A stretch of DNA of 64,000 nt from an uncultured delta proteobacterium. Its GTDB lineage: Bacteria > Myxococcota_A > Polyangia > Fen-1088. Both the position numbers and the translations under genes were made by a program. Numbering within the stretch: position 1 is the stretch's first letter; every line of letters begins with the position of its first letter. Below the pieces are notes generated by a model. That model was given only the letters and a program-made list of their open reading frames with translations, was not told the origin of the DNA and made no database searches. This document shows positions 9,307-17,475 of the stretch, piece by piece. The stretch lies in the NCBI GenBank assembly GCA_963796685.1, contig CAWCMR010000013.1, forward strand, positions 608,001-672,000. The letters run 5' to 3'.

Positions 9307-12300
9307 CTATGGCAACAGTTCGGCCCACTCCTCGCCCTGGCATCTTGTCTTGAGCCAATCGCGGAAGTCCCAGTAGTACTCGCCTGGAACGGCAAGGCCA
9401 GTGGACATGATTACACCGGGCTGAACTTTCCATCGCGGTGGCTTCCCCACTGCGCCACCGGCGTATTCGTCATAGAACCCTAGCAGATGGCCCGTCTCAT
9501 GCGCGTAGCTATTCTCGCGGGTCTTGACCCTGGTCCAGTTCGTCGCATTCGCCCGTCCGGCACCCTGGAACAAGTTCACTTCGTGGTGATGTCCTGACTC
9601 CACGAACTCCACGACAATCTTGACCGGTATCTTGCAGCAACCTCGGTTCTTGGGGCAAACACAGCCACCTCCATTCTTGCAGTGGGCTCGATGAAATAGC
9701 CACTTGCCACCCAACTTTCCTTCGATATCAGTCTTCATCGTCGCCTTCTCGGCGGGGCTCAGCGGGGGACCAATTGGTGGAAGTGGAGCGGTGCCAGTCG
9801 TTGGCTTGGCGCCTTGTCGATTCACAAGCTTGATCTTTACCCCAATTTCGAGTTCGCCCATCTTCAACAGGATATCGAATTTGCCCGTCCACGCGAAAGC
9901 CCCACTGGAGCAAGCGAAAGAATTCGTGTCACGTTCAATGTCTGGATATTTCGCGTGATCGCAATGATCCGCGAGCGTCCGATCAGGCTCGGACTTCGCC
10001 TCAGACATAGTGGCAGCCTGTGTAGAGTACTCCTCCGCTGGAGCCTCCTCAGCGGGGCCCGTCATCTGCGCGCTTCCTTCCGCGTTGTGTGACGACGATC
10101 GAGCCGAAGTATCCTGCCCCTTCCCCACTTTAGAAGACGCCCTGGCCTTCTTCCCCTTCACCCCCTCCGCCTCCTGCAACTTCGACGCGCTCTTGCCTTT
10201 GATGGTGCACACGCCGTCGGCCGCGATGGTGACAGTCTTGCTCTTCATGGCGACGGACTCTTCGCCCATGGCCACCACGCTGCTGGCGCCGGCGGCGGCG
10301 GTCACGGCGGGGCTGGCGATGGCGACGCCGCCGGGCAGGATGGCCAGCGAGCCGGCGCCGCACACGAATTTGATCCCCGTCGGCGAGTCGAACGTCGCCT
10401 TGCCGGTCTTGTCCAGGCAAACCGTGGCGCCCCCGGCTTGCAGCGTGATCGTGCCAGCCGAGTCCACGGTCACGTTGGTGCCCTTGAACGTCATGCTGGT
10501 CGCGCCCTGGTTGAGCTGGAACTTCTTGTCGGTGGTCAGCTTGTGGGCGAGCTTCACATGCTCGTCCTTGTTCTTCTCGGCGAAGAGCTCTTGATTGCCG
10601 TCCACCGTGCGACTGTGGTCGCCGCTGTAGAGCTGCGTGACCGCGCCGGTCACCGTCTTGTCGTGCGTGCCGCCGATGACCACGCTGTCGTTCGCGTCGA
10701 CGGTGAGCTGGCGCTCGTTCTTCACCAGATTGGTTTCGTCGTTGCCCACGACGAGGCCGCGGTTCACTCCCACGTGCAGGGTCTGGTCGTGCTTGACCAG
10801 GGTCGACATGTCCTTCTCGGCCTGGAAGTGCAGCACTTCCTGACCTTTCTTATCTTCGAAGCGCAGCTCGTTGAAGTTGCTGGAGGTACCCCCTTTCGTG
10901 CTGCGGCTCTTGATGCCGCTCTGGGTTTGATTGGCCGGCAAATCGTACGGCGGCATGTTGTCTTTGTTGTACAGGCTGCCCGTGATCATGGGCCGATCGG
11001 GATCCCCGTCGAGGAACGCCACGATCACTTCCTGCCCGACGCGCGGCAGGTATTGCGCCCCGAACCTGGCCCCCGACCACGGTTGCGCCACGCGTATCCA
11101 GCACGACGACTTCTCGTTGCGCTCGCCCAGCCGATCCCAATCGAACTGCACCATCACGCGCCCGTGCTTATCGGTCCAGATCTCCTCGTTCGCCGGGCCC
11201 ACCACCAGGGCCGTCTGCCGGCCCGGCATGTGCGGCTTGCGCGTGACCCGGACGGGGCGAAACTGCGTGTGGCCGTCGAGCAACTGGTAGGTCGCCTTGA
11301 ACGGCTCGTCGCTGAAGGCCACCTCCCCGGTCTCGTACTGATCGACGCTCAGGCGGTAGCTCGCGCCGACCACGAGGTACTGCTTGCCGAAATCCTCTTC
11401 GCTCCAGAACGGCTCGCCGTCGGCCCCATCCGGTCCCGGGCACAGGGACACCAGGTTGCCGAGCCCCAGCCCCATGGTGTTGCCTTCTACCTCGATGACG
11501 GTGTTGTCCACCCGCCCCACCTGCGAGCGCACCGTCGCCTCCTGCTGTGCCTCTTCGGAGTCGTAGAGCCCGCCCGGATAGTCGTAGTGCTCGGACGGGT
11601 AGCCCGTCACCAAGTCCTCCGACGTTCCGCGACCGAACCGAAGCTGTCTCGACCGCAGCGCCGTCGGGTCGTAGCCACTCAGCACCGTGTGGCGGCCGGG
11701 GTGGAGCGCCCGGCGCATCTTCATGCCCCAGAAGTGCTCTTCGGCGCCTGCGACCCGTCGCTCTTTCGCGGTGTAGAGAATCGATTCGTAGCCGTCGGCG
11801 GCCTCGTGCCCGGTGATGGCATCGGCCAGCACCAAGGTGTGCTTGCTCTCCTCGTGCTTGAAGAAATAGTAGATCCCTTCTTCTTCCAGCAAGCGCTGCA
11901 CGAAGTTCAGATCGCTCTCGCGGTACTGCACGCAGAATTCGCGCGCGCGGTAGACGTGGTCCTGGATCGACCCCGATTCGACGTCGCCGAGCCCGCGCTT
12001 GGCCAGCACCGATTTCACGATGGACAACGCGTCCTGCGCGGGATCGTTGAAGACGCGGCAGTCGAAGGTGTGGTCGAAGAGGCTCAACACCGGCCGCAGC
12101 TCGGCCGCGTAGCGCGTGTGCAGCTGCGTGGCCCCGCCTTTGTGGAACCCGGTCACGATTCCGTGAAAGAAGCGCTCCCTACCGGTGTTCAGTTGGATGC
12201 CCACCGCGAGTGGCTGGCCGAGCACGTCGTCTGGATCGAGGTTCGGCTCTTTTGACAGCAGGCCGAGCTCGAACCGATACGGCCGCCCCAGCGCCTCGTG

Positions 12301-12378
12301 CCCACGCAGGGTCTCGAGAAGCAAGACGCCCCTCGGGAAAGGCCCCGTTACCGAGGTATCGCGACCCAGCAGTGCCAT
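9307..12378 (-). CDS. vgrG: Evolved T6SS spike protein VgrG with C-terminal zincin-like metallopeptidase toxin domain
   Basis: QYRESDLNFVQRLLEEEGIYYFF, EIWTDKHGRV.VQF.WDR, SSCWIRVAQ, PRVGQEV.VAFLDGDPDRP, FNELRFEDKKGQE, gp5-like beta repeats; C-terminal HETGHLLGFYDEY. Confidence 0.95.
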   Translation of the reverse strand: MALLGRDTSVTGPFPRGVLLLETLRGHEALGRPYRFELGLLSKEPNLDPDDVLGQPLAVGIQLNTGRERFFHGIVTGFHKGGATQLHTRYAAELRPVLSLFDHTFDCRVFNDPAQDALSIVKSVLAKRGLGDVESGSIQDHVYRAREFCVQYRESDLNFVQRLLEEEGIYYFFKHEESKHTLVLADAITGHEAADGYESILYTAKERRVAGAEEHFWGMKMRRALHPGRHTVLSGYDPTALRSRQLRFGRGTSEDLVTGYPSEHYDYPGGLYDSEEAQQEATVRSQVGRVDNTVIEVEGNTMGLGLGNLVSLCPGPDGADGEPFWSEEDFGKQYLVVGASYRLSVDQYETGEVAFSDEPFKATYQLLDGHTQFRPVRVTRKPHMPGRQTALVVGPANEEIWTDKHGRVMVQFDWDRLGERNEKSSCWIRVAQPWSGARFGAQYLPRVGQEVIVAFLDGDPDRPMITGSLYNKDNMPPYDLPANQTQSGIKSRSTKGGTSSNFNELRFEDKKGQEVLHFQAEKDMSTLVKHDQTLHVGVNRGLVVGNDETNLVKNERQLTVDANDSVVIGGTHDKTVTGAVTQLYSGDHSRTVDGNQELFAEKNKDEHVKLAHKLTTDKKFQLNQGATSMTFKGTNVTVDSAGTITLQAGGATVCLDKTGKATFDSPTGIKFVCGAGSLAILPGGVAIASPAVTAAAGASSVVAMGEESVAMKSKTVTIAADGVCTIKGKSASKLQEAEGVKGKKARASSKVGKGQDTSARSSSHNAEGSAQMTGPAEEAPAEEYSTQAATMSEAKSEPDRTLADHCDHAKYPDIERDTNSFACSSGAFAWTGKFDILLKMGELEIGVKIKLVNRQGAKPTTGTAPLPPIGPPLSPAEKATMKTDIEGKLGGKWLFHRAHCKNGGGCVCPKNRGCCKIPVKIVVEFVESGHHHEVNLFQGAGRANATNWTRVKTRENSYAHETGHLLGFYDEYAGGAVGKPPRWKVQPGVIMSTGLAVPGEYYWDFRDWLKTRCQGEEWAELLP

Positions 12379-12390
12379 GGATATCCGTGA

Positions 12391-12418
12391 ACTCTAGTCT
12401 TTGGCGTTGCCGCGTCAA
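12391..12418 (-). promoter_or_regulatory. Putative sigma70 promoter of vgrG
   Basis: Minus strand TTGACG-N16-TAGAGT, 12 nt before the ATG at 12378. Confidence 0.4.
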
Positions 12419-12490
12419 GAGTGAGCCCCTCGGCTGGGGCGCCATCGCCTCCCATTTCTAGCGTGAGTTTACCGGACGAGGGGAGAAGGG

Positions 12491-12536
12491 ACGTCCAACT
12501 ACACAGAATTGCAGACAATTCTGTGTAGTTGGACGT
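12491..12536. repeat. Perfect 21-bp stem hairpin with 4-nt loop
   Basis: ACGTCCAACTACACAGAATTG-caga-CAATTCTGTGTAGTTGGACGT, just downstream of the transposase stop. Confidence 0.9.
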
Positions 12537-14399
12537 ATATACTAATTTTAGAGGGCAACCCCGAGCTGGTCCACGAGGCTCTGGAGATCAGGTTGAATGT
12601 CCTCGAGTTGGGTGGTCGTGCGTAGTGATTTCTTGGAGGTCGTGCGGATGACGGTGGCCTTTCTGATCTGTGCGAGGCCGTCGAGCAAGGCCTCTTGGCA
12701 GTGGCGGTAGCCTGCACGCTGAGCGCGGAGATGAAGAAGTCGGGCGAGCAGATAGGCGACAACGCACATGAAGACGTGGACATGGAGTTTCTGGTCGGTC
12801 CAGTGGTACTGAGGCCGAAGCATCACGTGCATAGGATCCTTGAGATGAGCGAAGACGGCCTCGACGTGGGCCTGACCGCGGTAAGCGCGGATGATGTCCT
12901 CGGTGGACCAAGTGTCCCTATCGGTCATGAGGATGAGGTGACCGAGCACGTCGCGTGACAGAGCCTCAATCGCTTGGGCATCGACCTCGTGCTTGAGCGA
13001 GAGCTGCTTGTCTCCAGTCAGCTCCCATCGGATGACCTGTTGCAGGTGCTGGCGTCCCATTAGTCGGGTCTGGATGTCGCGCTCAATGGCCTCGCGCGAA
13101 CGTCGTTGCCTGCCCCGCGCCAACGTGTTGGCCAGATGGTCGAGCCACTTCTGCGCGGAGGCTATGTGCTGGAGGACCCCTCGCAGCTGCCCCGCACGAA
13201 ACGATTCGGAGACCACGACTACGACGGTGCGTTCAGCGCCCCAGACCTTTCGTCGGGTGCGGTAGGCCTGGACGGATTCCTTCTCGCTGAGCTTGACGGA
13301 CTCAAGGTGCGAATTCGCTTCCGTGATAAGGGGACGCTGATTCGAGACAGCAAGAGAGGCAACGTAATGAATCCTCGACGCATCCACGCGCTCCTGGTTC
13401 GCCCGCGAGACGTTGCCCTTGTCGTACACCATGGTCATGGACTGCAAATCTCGGCCAATCTCGACGAGGCGTTCCTGAATCGTCGGGATGAGGTCGGCAA
13501 ACGATCGCGCATCGTGGACTTCACCGCCATAAGTCCGGTGGAAAAGCGGCACCCCTTCATCGCGGGTGCACAAGAGTGCAACGCCAAGCTGGCGCAAGTC
13601 ATGTCGCTTCTGTTTGTTGTGGCCGCGTGCGGGGAGCTTGGGGCGGGTATTCGTGGAATCGATGAAGGTGAAAAAATTGGTGGCGTCGTAGAGGACTGTG
13701 TCGAGCTTGAGATCGAAGCGCTCCAAAGCACGGCCTACGATTTCGCGTTCTACGGATGCAAGGATCTCAACCGGCAATTGGTCCATCTGATCCCAGAAGT
13801 GCTGACTGGAAAGCAGGTCGACGTCTATCTTGGCGAGCTCGCCCAGAGTCGTCGAGCGTGCCCACTCGGCAAAAGCTCGCTTACTCGTAGCATGACAAGC
13901 CCTGCCGACACAGCCCAACTCGAAGGTCTGACCAGCGCTGAGACCATCATGGCGTTCGGGGCGGCGCCGTGGGTCAGGGACATGGCGCGAGGCATGTCGG
14001 TCTCGACGCCCGCCGGTGGCCAGGTGACGGTCGATCGTGCCGGCAACGTCGAGCTCGCGAGCCACTGCGAGAATAGCCGCGACGGCGCCATGGGAGAGGG
14101 ACTTGATGCGAAGGGAATCGGCGGCCTTGAGCCTGAGGAGCAAATCATCGGCCTTGCCGAGGTGGGCAACCACGGAGAGACGGGGCTTTCCGCCAACACG
14201 GTGGGACTCGACGATGCGCCAGTAGGTGTGGCCGCGAACGTGGACTCGCTGCAGGCTTGCCATTGTTAGTATATACACCAGCAAAACATATCAAGGCAAG
14301 CAAATATGCGCGACCAACCTCTCCCGCGTCACCGTCGACATGTTGTGTCTGCGGGTGGACAAACGCCGAGAAGCTGACCAACATTAGTTAGTATATACG
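12534..14399. mobile_element. Inner IS1634 unit bounded by 12-bp inverted repeats
   Basis: CGTATATACTAA (12534-12545) / TTAGTATATACG (14388-14399); a third copy TTAGTATATAC at 14266-14276 directly before the transposase ATG. Confidence 0.6.
12548..14263 (-). CDS. IS1634-family DDE transposase
   Basis: MASLQ...YWRIVESHRVGGKPR...HLG N-terminus, YDATNF, RGHNKQKRHDLRQ, VYDKGN, YRGQAHVEAVFAHLK, RPQYHWTDQKLHVHVF. Confidence 0.92.
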   Translation of the reverse strand: MASLQRVHVRGHTYWRIVESHRVGGKPRLSVVAHLGKADDLLLRLKAADSLRIKSLSHGAVAAILAVARELDVAGTIDRHLATGGRRDRHASRHVPDPRRRPERHDGLSAGQTFELGCVGRACHATSKRAFAEWARSTTLGELAKIDVDLLSSQHFWDQMDQLPVEILASVEREIVGRALERFDLKLDTVLYDATNFFTFIDSTNTRPKLPARGHNKQKRHDLRQLGVALLCTRDEGVPLFHRTYGGEVHDARSFADLIPTIQERLVEIGRDLQSMTMVYDKGNVSRANQERVDASRIHYVASLAVSNQRPLITEANSHLESVKLSEKESVQAYRTRRKVWGAERTVVVVVSESFRAGQLRGVLQHIASAQKWLDHLANTLARGRQRRSREAIERDIQTRLMGRQHLQQVIRWELTGDKQLSLKHEVDAQAIEALSRDVLGHLILMTDRDTWSTEDIIRAYRGQAHVEAVFAHLKDPMHVMLRPQYHWTDQKLHVHVFMCVVAYLLARLLHLRAQRAGYRHCQEALLDGLAQIRKATVIRTTSKKSLRTTTQLEDIQPDLQSLVDQLGVAL

Positions 14400-14552
14400 C
14401 TGCGCGGGCGTGGACACACACCATGGTCACCGACGGAAAACAGTGGCCCTGGCGCGGTGGCTCAGAGCTCAAACCAGCGCTCGTCCGGTAAACTCACGCT
14501 AGCCAGGTGGTGGATTGCTTCGTGGTCTTCCCCGCGTCACACGCTACTATGT

Positions 14553-14587
14553 TTTTGTACCTAATTGGTACAAAATACAATAGTCTT
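14553..14587 (+). promoter_or_regulatory. Palindromic operator and -10 box of first AAA-DUF4143 gene
   Basis: TTTTGTACC-taatt-GGTACAAAA (14553-14575) followed by TACAAT (14576-14581), 6 nt before ATG 14588. Confidence 0.6.
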
Positions 14588-15973
14588 ATGGACATGGAGA
14601 GAAGCGCGAAGGACATCCTGGCCGTTTGGGCGACCCAGAAGAACCGCAAGCCCTTGGTGCTACGGGGGGCACGGCAGACGGGCAAGACATGGCTGGTCCA
14701 GGAATTCGGCCGACGATTCCAGGGCGCGCTGGCCAGCGTGAATCTGGAGCGCGAACCTGATCTCGCAGCCTGTTTCGTGCCAAACGATCCGAAGGCGATC
14801 CTTGGGCTCCTGGAGGCGCGACTACGGCGAACCATCACGACAGGCAAGACCCTGCTGTTCCTCGACGAGATTCAGGCGGCACCGGAAATCCTCGCCAAGT
14901 TGCGCTGGTTTGCCGAGGAACTACCAAGCCAGCACGTGATTGCGGCCGGCTCGCTACTGGACTTTGCCCCGGCTGACCATGCGTTCTCGATGCCCGTGGG
15001 GCGCATCACCTACGGTCATCTGGAGCCAATGACGTTCGCCGAATTCCTCGTTGCCACTGGCGAAGATCGGCTGCTCACGGTCATCCGCGATTGCACGCCC
15101 AGCGTCGGTGTGCCAGAGGCGCTACATCCGCGCTTGCTCGAGCTGGTGCGCAACTACGTGCTGGTCGGGGGCATGCCCGCCGCGGTCGCCGACTGGGTGG
15201 AACATCGCTCCTTTGCCCGCACCGCCGAGATTCACCGCGACCTCTTACAGACCATCCGAGACGACTTTGCCAAGTACAAGCGTGGCGTGCACACAACGCG
15301 TGTGGCGAAGGTCTTCGCGGCCCTGCCTCGACTGGTGGGGCGGAAGTTCCAGCCCAGCCAGGTCGATGCCGACGAGAAGACACTCCCCATCAAGGACGCC
15401 TTCCACATGCTGGCGCTTGCCCGCGTGGTGACGCCAGTGCAACGCAGCACCGCCAATGGAATTCCGCTCGCCGCCGAAGTAGACCAGCGGTATCAAAAGG
15501 TGTGCCTGCTCGACACCGGACTCTACGCGACCCAGACCGGGATCGACGCCGCGGTCGTCGCAAGCCAGCCTGACCTGACGCTGGTCAACCAGGGCCAGCT
15601 CGCCGAGCAGTTGGTCGGGCAGGAATTGCGCGCATGTCGCCCATTCAACGAAGAGCCCGCGCTCTTCACCTGGGTCCGCCAGGCCAAGAGCAGCAATGCA
15701 GAGGTCGACTACGTGATCCAGGTCGGCACCCGGATCGTTCCTGTTGAAGTGAAGGCCGGAGCCGCGGGAACCCTGCGCAGCCTGCACATGATGGTGGCCG
15801 AGAAGAAGCTCGAAATCGCCGTACGAGTCAGCTCGGCGCCGCTACAGCGGCGGAAAGTGCGGACTTCCCTGCCCATCGGCACCCCACGATCTTTCACCCT
15901 GCTGTCGGTCCCGTTCTATCTGGTCAGCGAGATCCCGCGTCTCGTCGGAGCGATACGGGGGCCGACTACATGA
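14588..15973 (+). CDS. AAA_14 ATPase with DUF4143 / C-terminal PD-(D/E)xK-like nuclease domain
   Basis: RKPLVLRGARQTGKT, LFLDEIQ, AAGSLL, SMPVGRI, GGMP, EVDYV...VPVEVKAG. Confidence 0.88.
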   Translation: MDMERSAKDILAVWATQKNRKPLVLRGARQTGKTWLVQEFGRRFQGALASVNLEREPDLAACFVPNDPKAILGLLEARLRRTITTGKTLLFLDEIQAAPEILAKLRWFAEELPSQHVIAAGSLLDFAPADHAFSMPVGRITYGHLEPMTFAEFLVATGEDRLLTVIRDCTPSVGVPEALHPRLLELVRNYVLVGGMPAAVADWVEHRSFARTAEIHRDLLQTIRDDFAKYKRGVHTTRVAKVFAALPRLVGRKFQPSQVDADEKTLPIKDAFHMLALARVVTPVQRSTANGIPLAAEVDQRYQKVCLLDTGLYATQTGIDAAVVASQPDLTLVNQGQLAEQLVGQELRACRPFNEEPALFTWVRQAKSSNAEVDYVIQVGTRIVPVEVKAGAAGTLRSLHMMVAEKKLEIAVRVSSAPLQRRKVRTSLPIGTPRSFTLLSVPFYLVSEIPRLVGAIRGPTT

Positions 15974-16054
15974 GCACCCGCCGCTGCTCCGAGCGGCGGT
16001 CTACCACGCCAATGGCGCAGCGAACCATCGGCTGGGGTTCGGAGACCGATGTCT

Positions 16055-16091
16055 TTGAGAAATATTAACTTATAGTTTATATTACTCATAC
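16055..16091 (+). promoter_or_regulatory. AT-rich sigma70 promoter with overlapping palindrome, second AAA-DUF4143 gene
   Basis: TTGAGA-N17-TATATT, 8 nt before ATG; AATATTAACT-tat-AGTTTATATT near-perfect inverted repeat covering spacer and -10. Confidence 0.65.
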
Positions 16092-17274
16092 ATGAAGAAC
16101 ATCCCAAGAGTCCTCCAAGCCGAGCTCGTGCGGGCGGCGCGTGCGTTCTCGGTCGTCCTGCTCACAGGACCGCGCCGCTCGGGCAAGACGACGCTGCTCC
16201 ACCGCGCCTTCCCGAAAGCAACCTACCGCCTGCTCGAGGATCCAGACGAGTTGTCGCGCATTCGGCGCGATCCGCGAGACTTCGTCGCCTCGCTGCCCAC
16301 CCCGGTGATCCTCGACGAGATCCAGAACGCCCCGGAGCTGCTCAGCTACCTGCGCACGATCGTCGATACCAAGCCCCAGGCCAAGGGCCGGTTTCTGCTG
16401 ACAGGCTCGCAAGAGGCGCCTCTCATGCAGGGCGTGACGGAATCCATGGCAGGCCGAGCCGCGGTCTTCCAGCTCTTGCCGTTCTCCATGGAGGAGAGCC
16501 CCAAGGTGTCCACGCTCCTGGGCGGCTTTCCCGAGGTCCTGGCCCACCCATCCCATGCCAACAACTGGTTTCGCTCGTATCTCCAGACCTATCTCGAACG
16601 CGACGTCCGGGCGGTGAGCGCCATCCGCGATCTGCTGACCTTCCGTCGCTTTCTTTCCCTGCTCGCCACGCGGCACGGACAGATCTTGAACAAGACCGAG
16701 CTGGCGGCGCCGCTCGGGCTGTCCGTGCCCGCCATCGGACAGTGGCTCGGCATCCTCGAGGTCACCGGCCAGATCCTGCTTCTGCCCCCCTACTTCGAGA
16801 ACCTGGGCAAGCGGCTCATCAAGAGCCCGAAGGTCTACTTCGTGGATCCGGGCATGGCCTGCCACCTTCTCGGCATCGACGACGCGGCCTCGCTCCGCCG
16901 CTCGGCCTTTCTGGGTCCGCTTTTCGAGGGCCTGGTGGCGAGCGAGAATCGTCAAGGCCCAGATCAACCACGGCAAGCGCCGCGAGATCTACTATTTCCG
17001 CGATCAGCAGGGCCTGGAGGTCGACTTCATCGTGCCGAGCGGGCCAGGCCGCCTGGCCTTCATCGAGGCCAAGGCATCGCAGACCCTTCGCCCTGAAATG
17101 GCAGCGCCAATGTTGCGTCTACGCGCATCCGCCACGAAGCGACAGGTGGATTGCTTCGTGGTCTGCCCCGGCGCCGGTCCAACCGGACATGCCGGCTTGG
17201 GCAACGGCGTGCGAGGAGTGGGCATCCAGGCTCTCGCCAGCCAGGTACTCGGGCTACCTCGAAAACCCATTTGA
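16092..17274 (+). CDS. Second AAA_14-DUF4143 ATPase/nuclease (+1 frameshift at about 16947)
   Basis: GPRRSGKTT, ILDEIQ, LTGSQ, ESMAGR, GGFP, TYLERDVR, KSPKVYFVDPG. Removing one A from GAGAATC gives SEIVKAQ...YFRDQQGLEVDF...IEAK to stop 17274. Confidence 0.85.
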
Positions 17275-17475
17275 GCTCGCCGTCCTTGGACCAATCGATT
17301 GCTGGGCCGTAGTCTTTCGCATTCGTCATGACGCCCTTCCGTTACAACCTCCTCGGCCCCTGCTGGGGCTCGCGGCCGCGCTCGCCGCATGCAAGAGCAG
17401 GCCCCTCCCCCATGCGACGCAAGCCTTGGATCCTGGCTGGGGCACCCGACAACTGATGAGGCTGCCCAGGGCTGC

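Larger units (their letters stand above)
12458..14502. mobile_element. IS-like element bounded by a perfect 23-bp inverted repeat (19-bp TIR plus CTAG possible target duplication)
   Basis: CTAGCGTGAGTTTACCGGACGAG (12458-12480) is the exact reverse complement of CTCGTCCGGTAAACTCACGCTAG (14480-14502). Confidence 0.85.
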
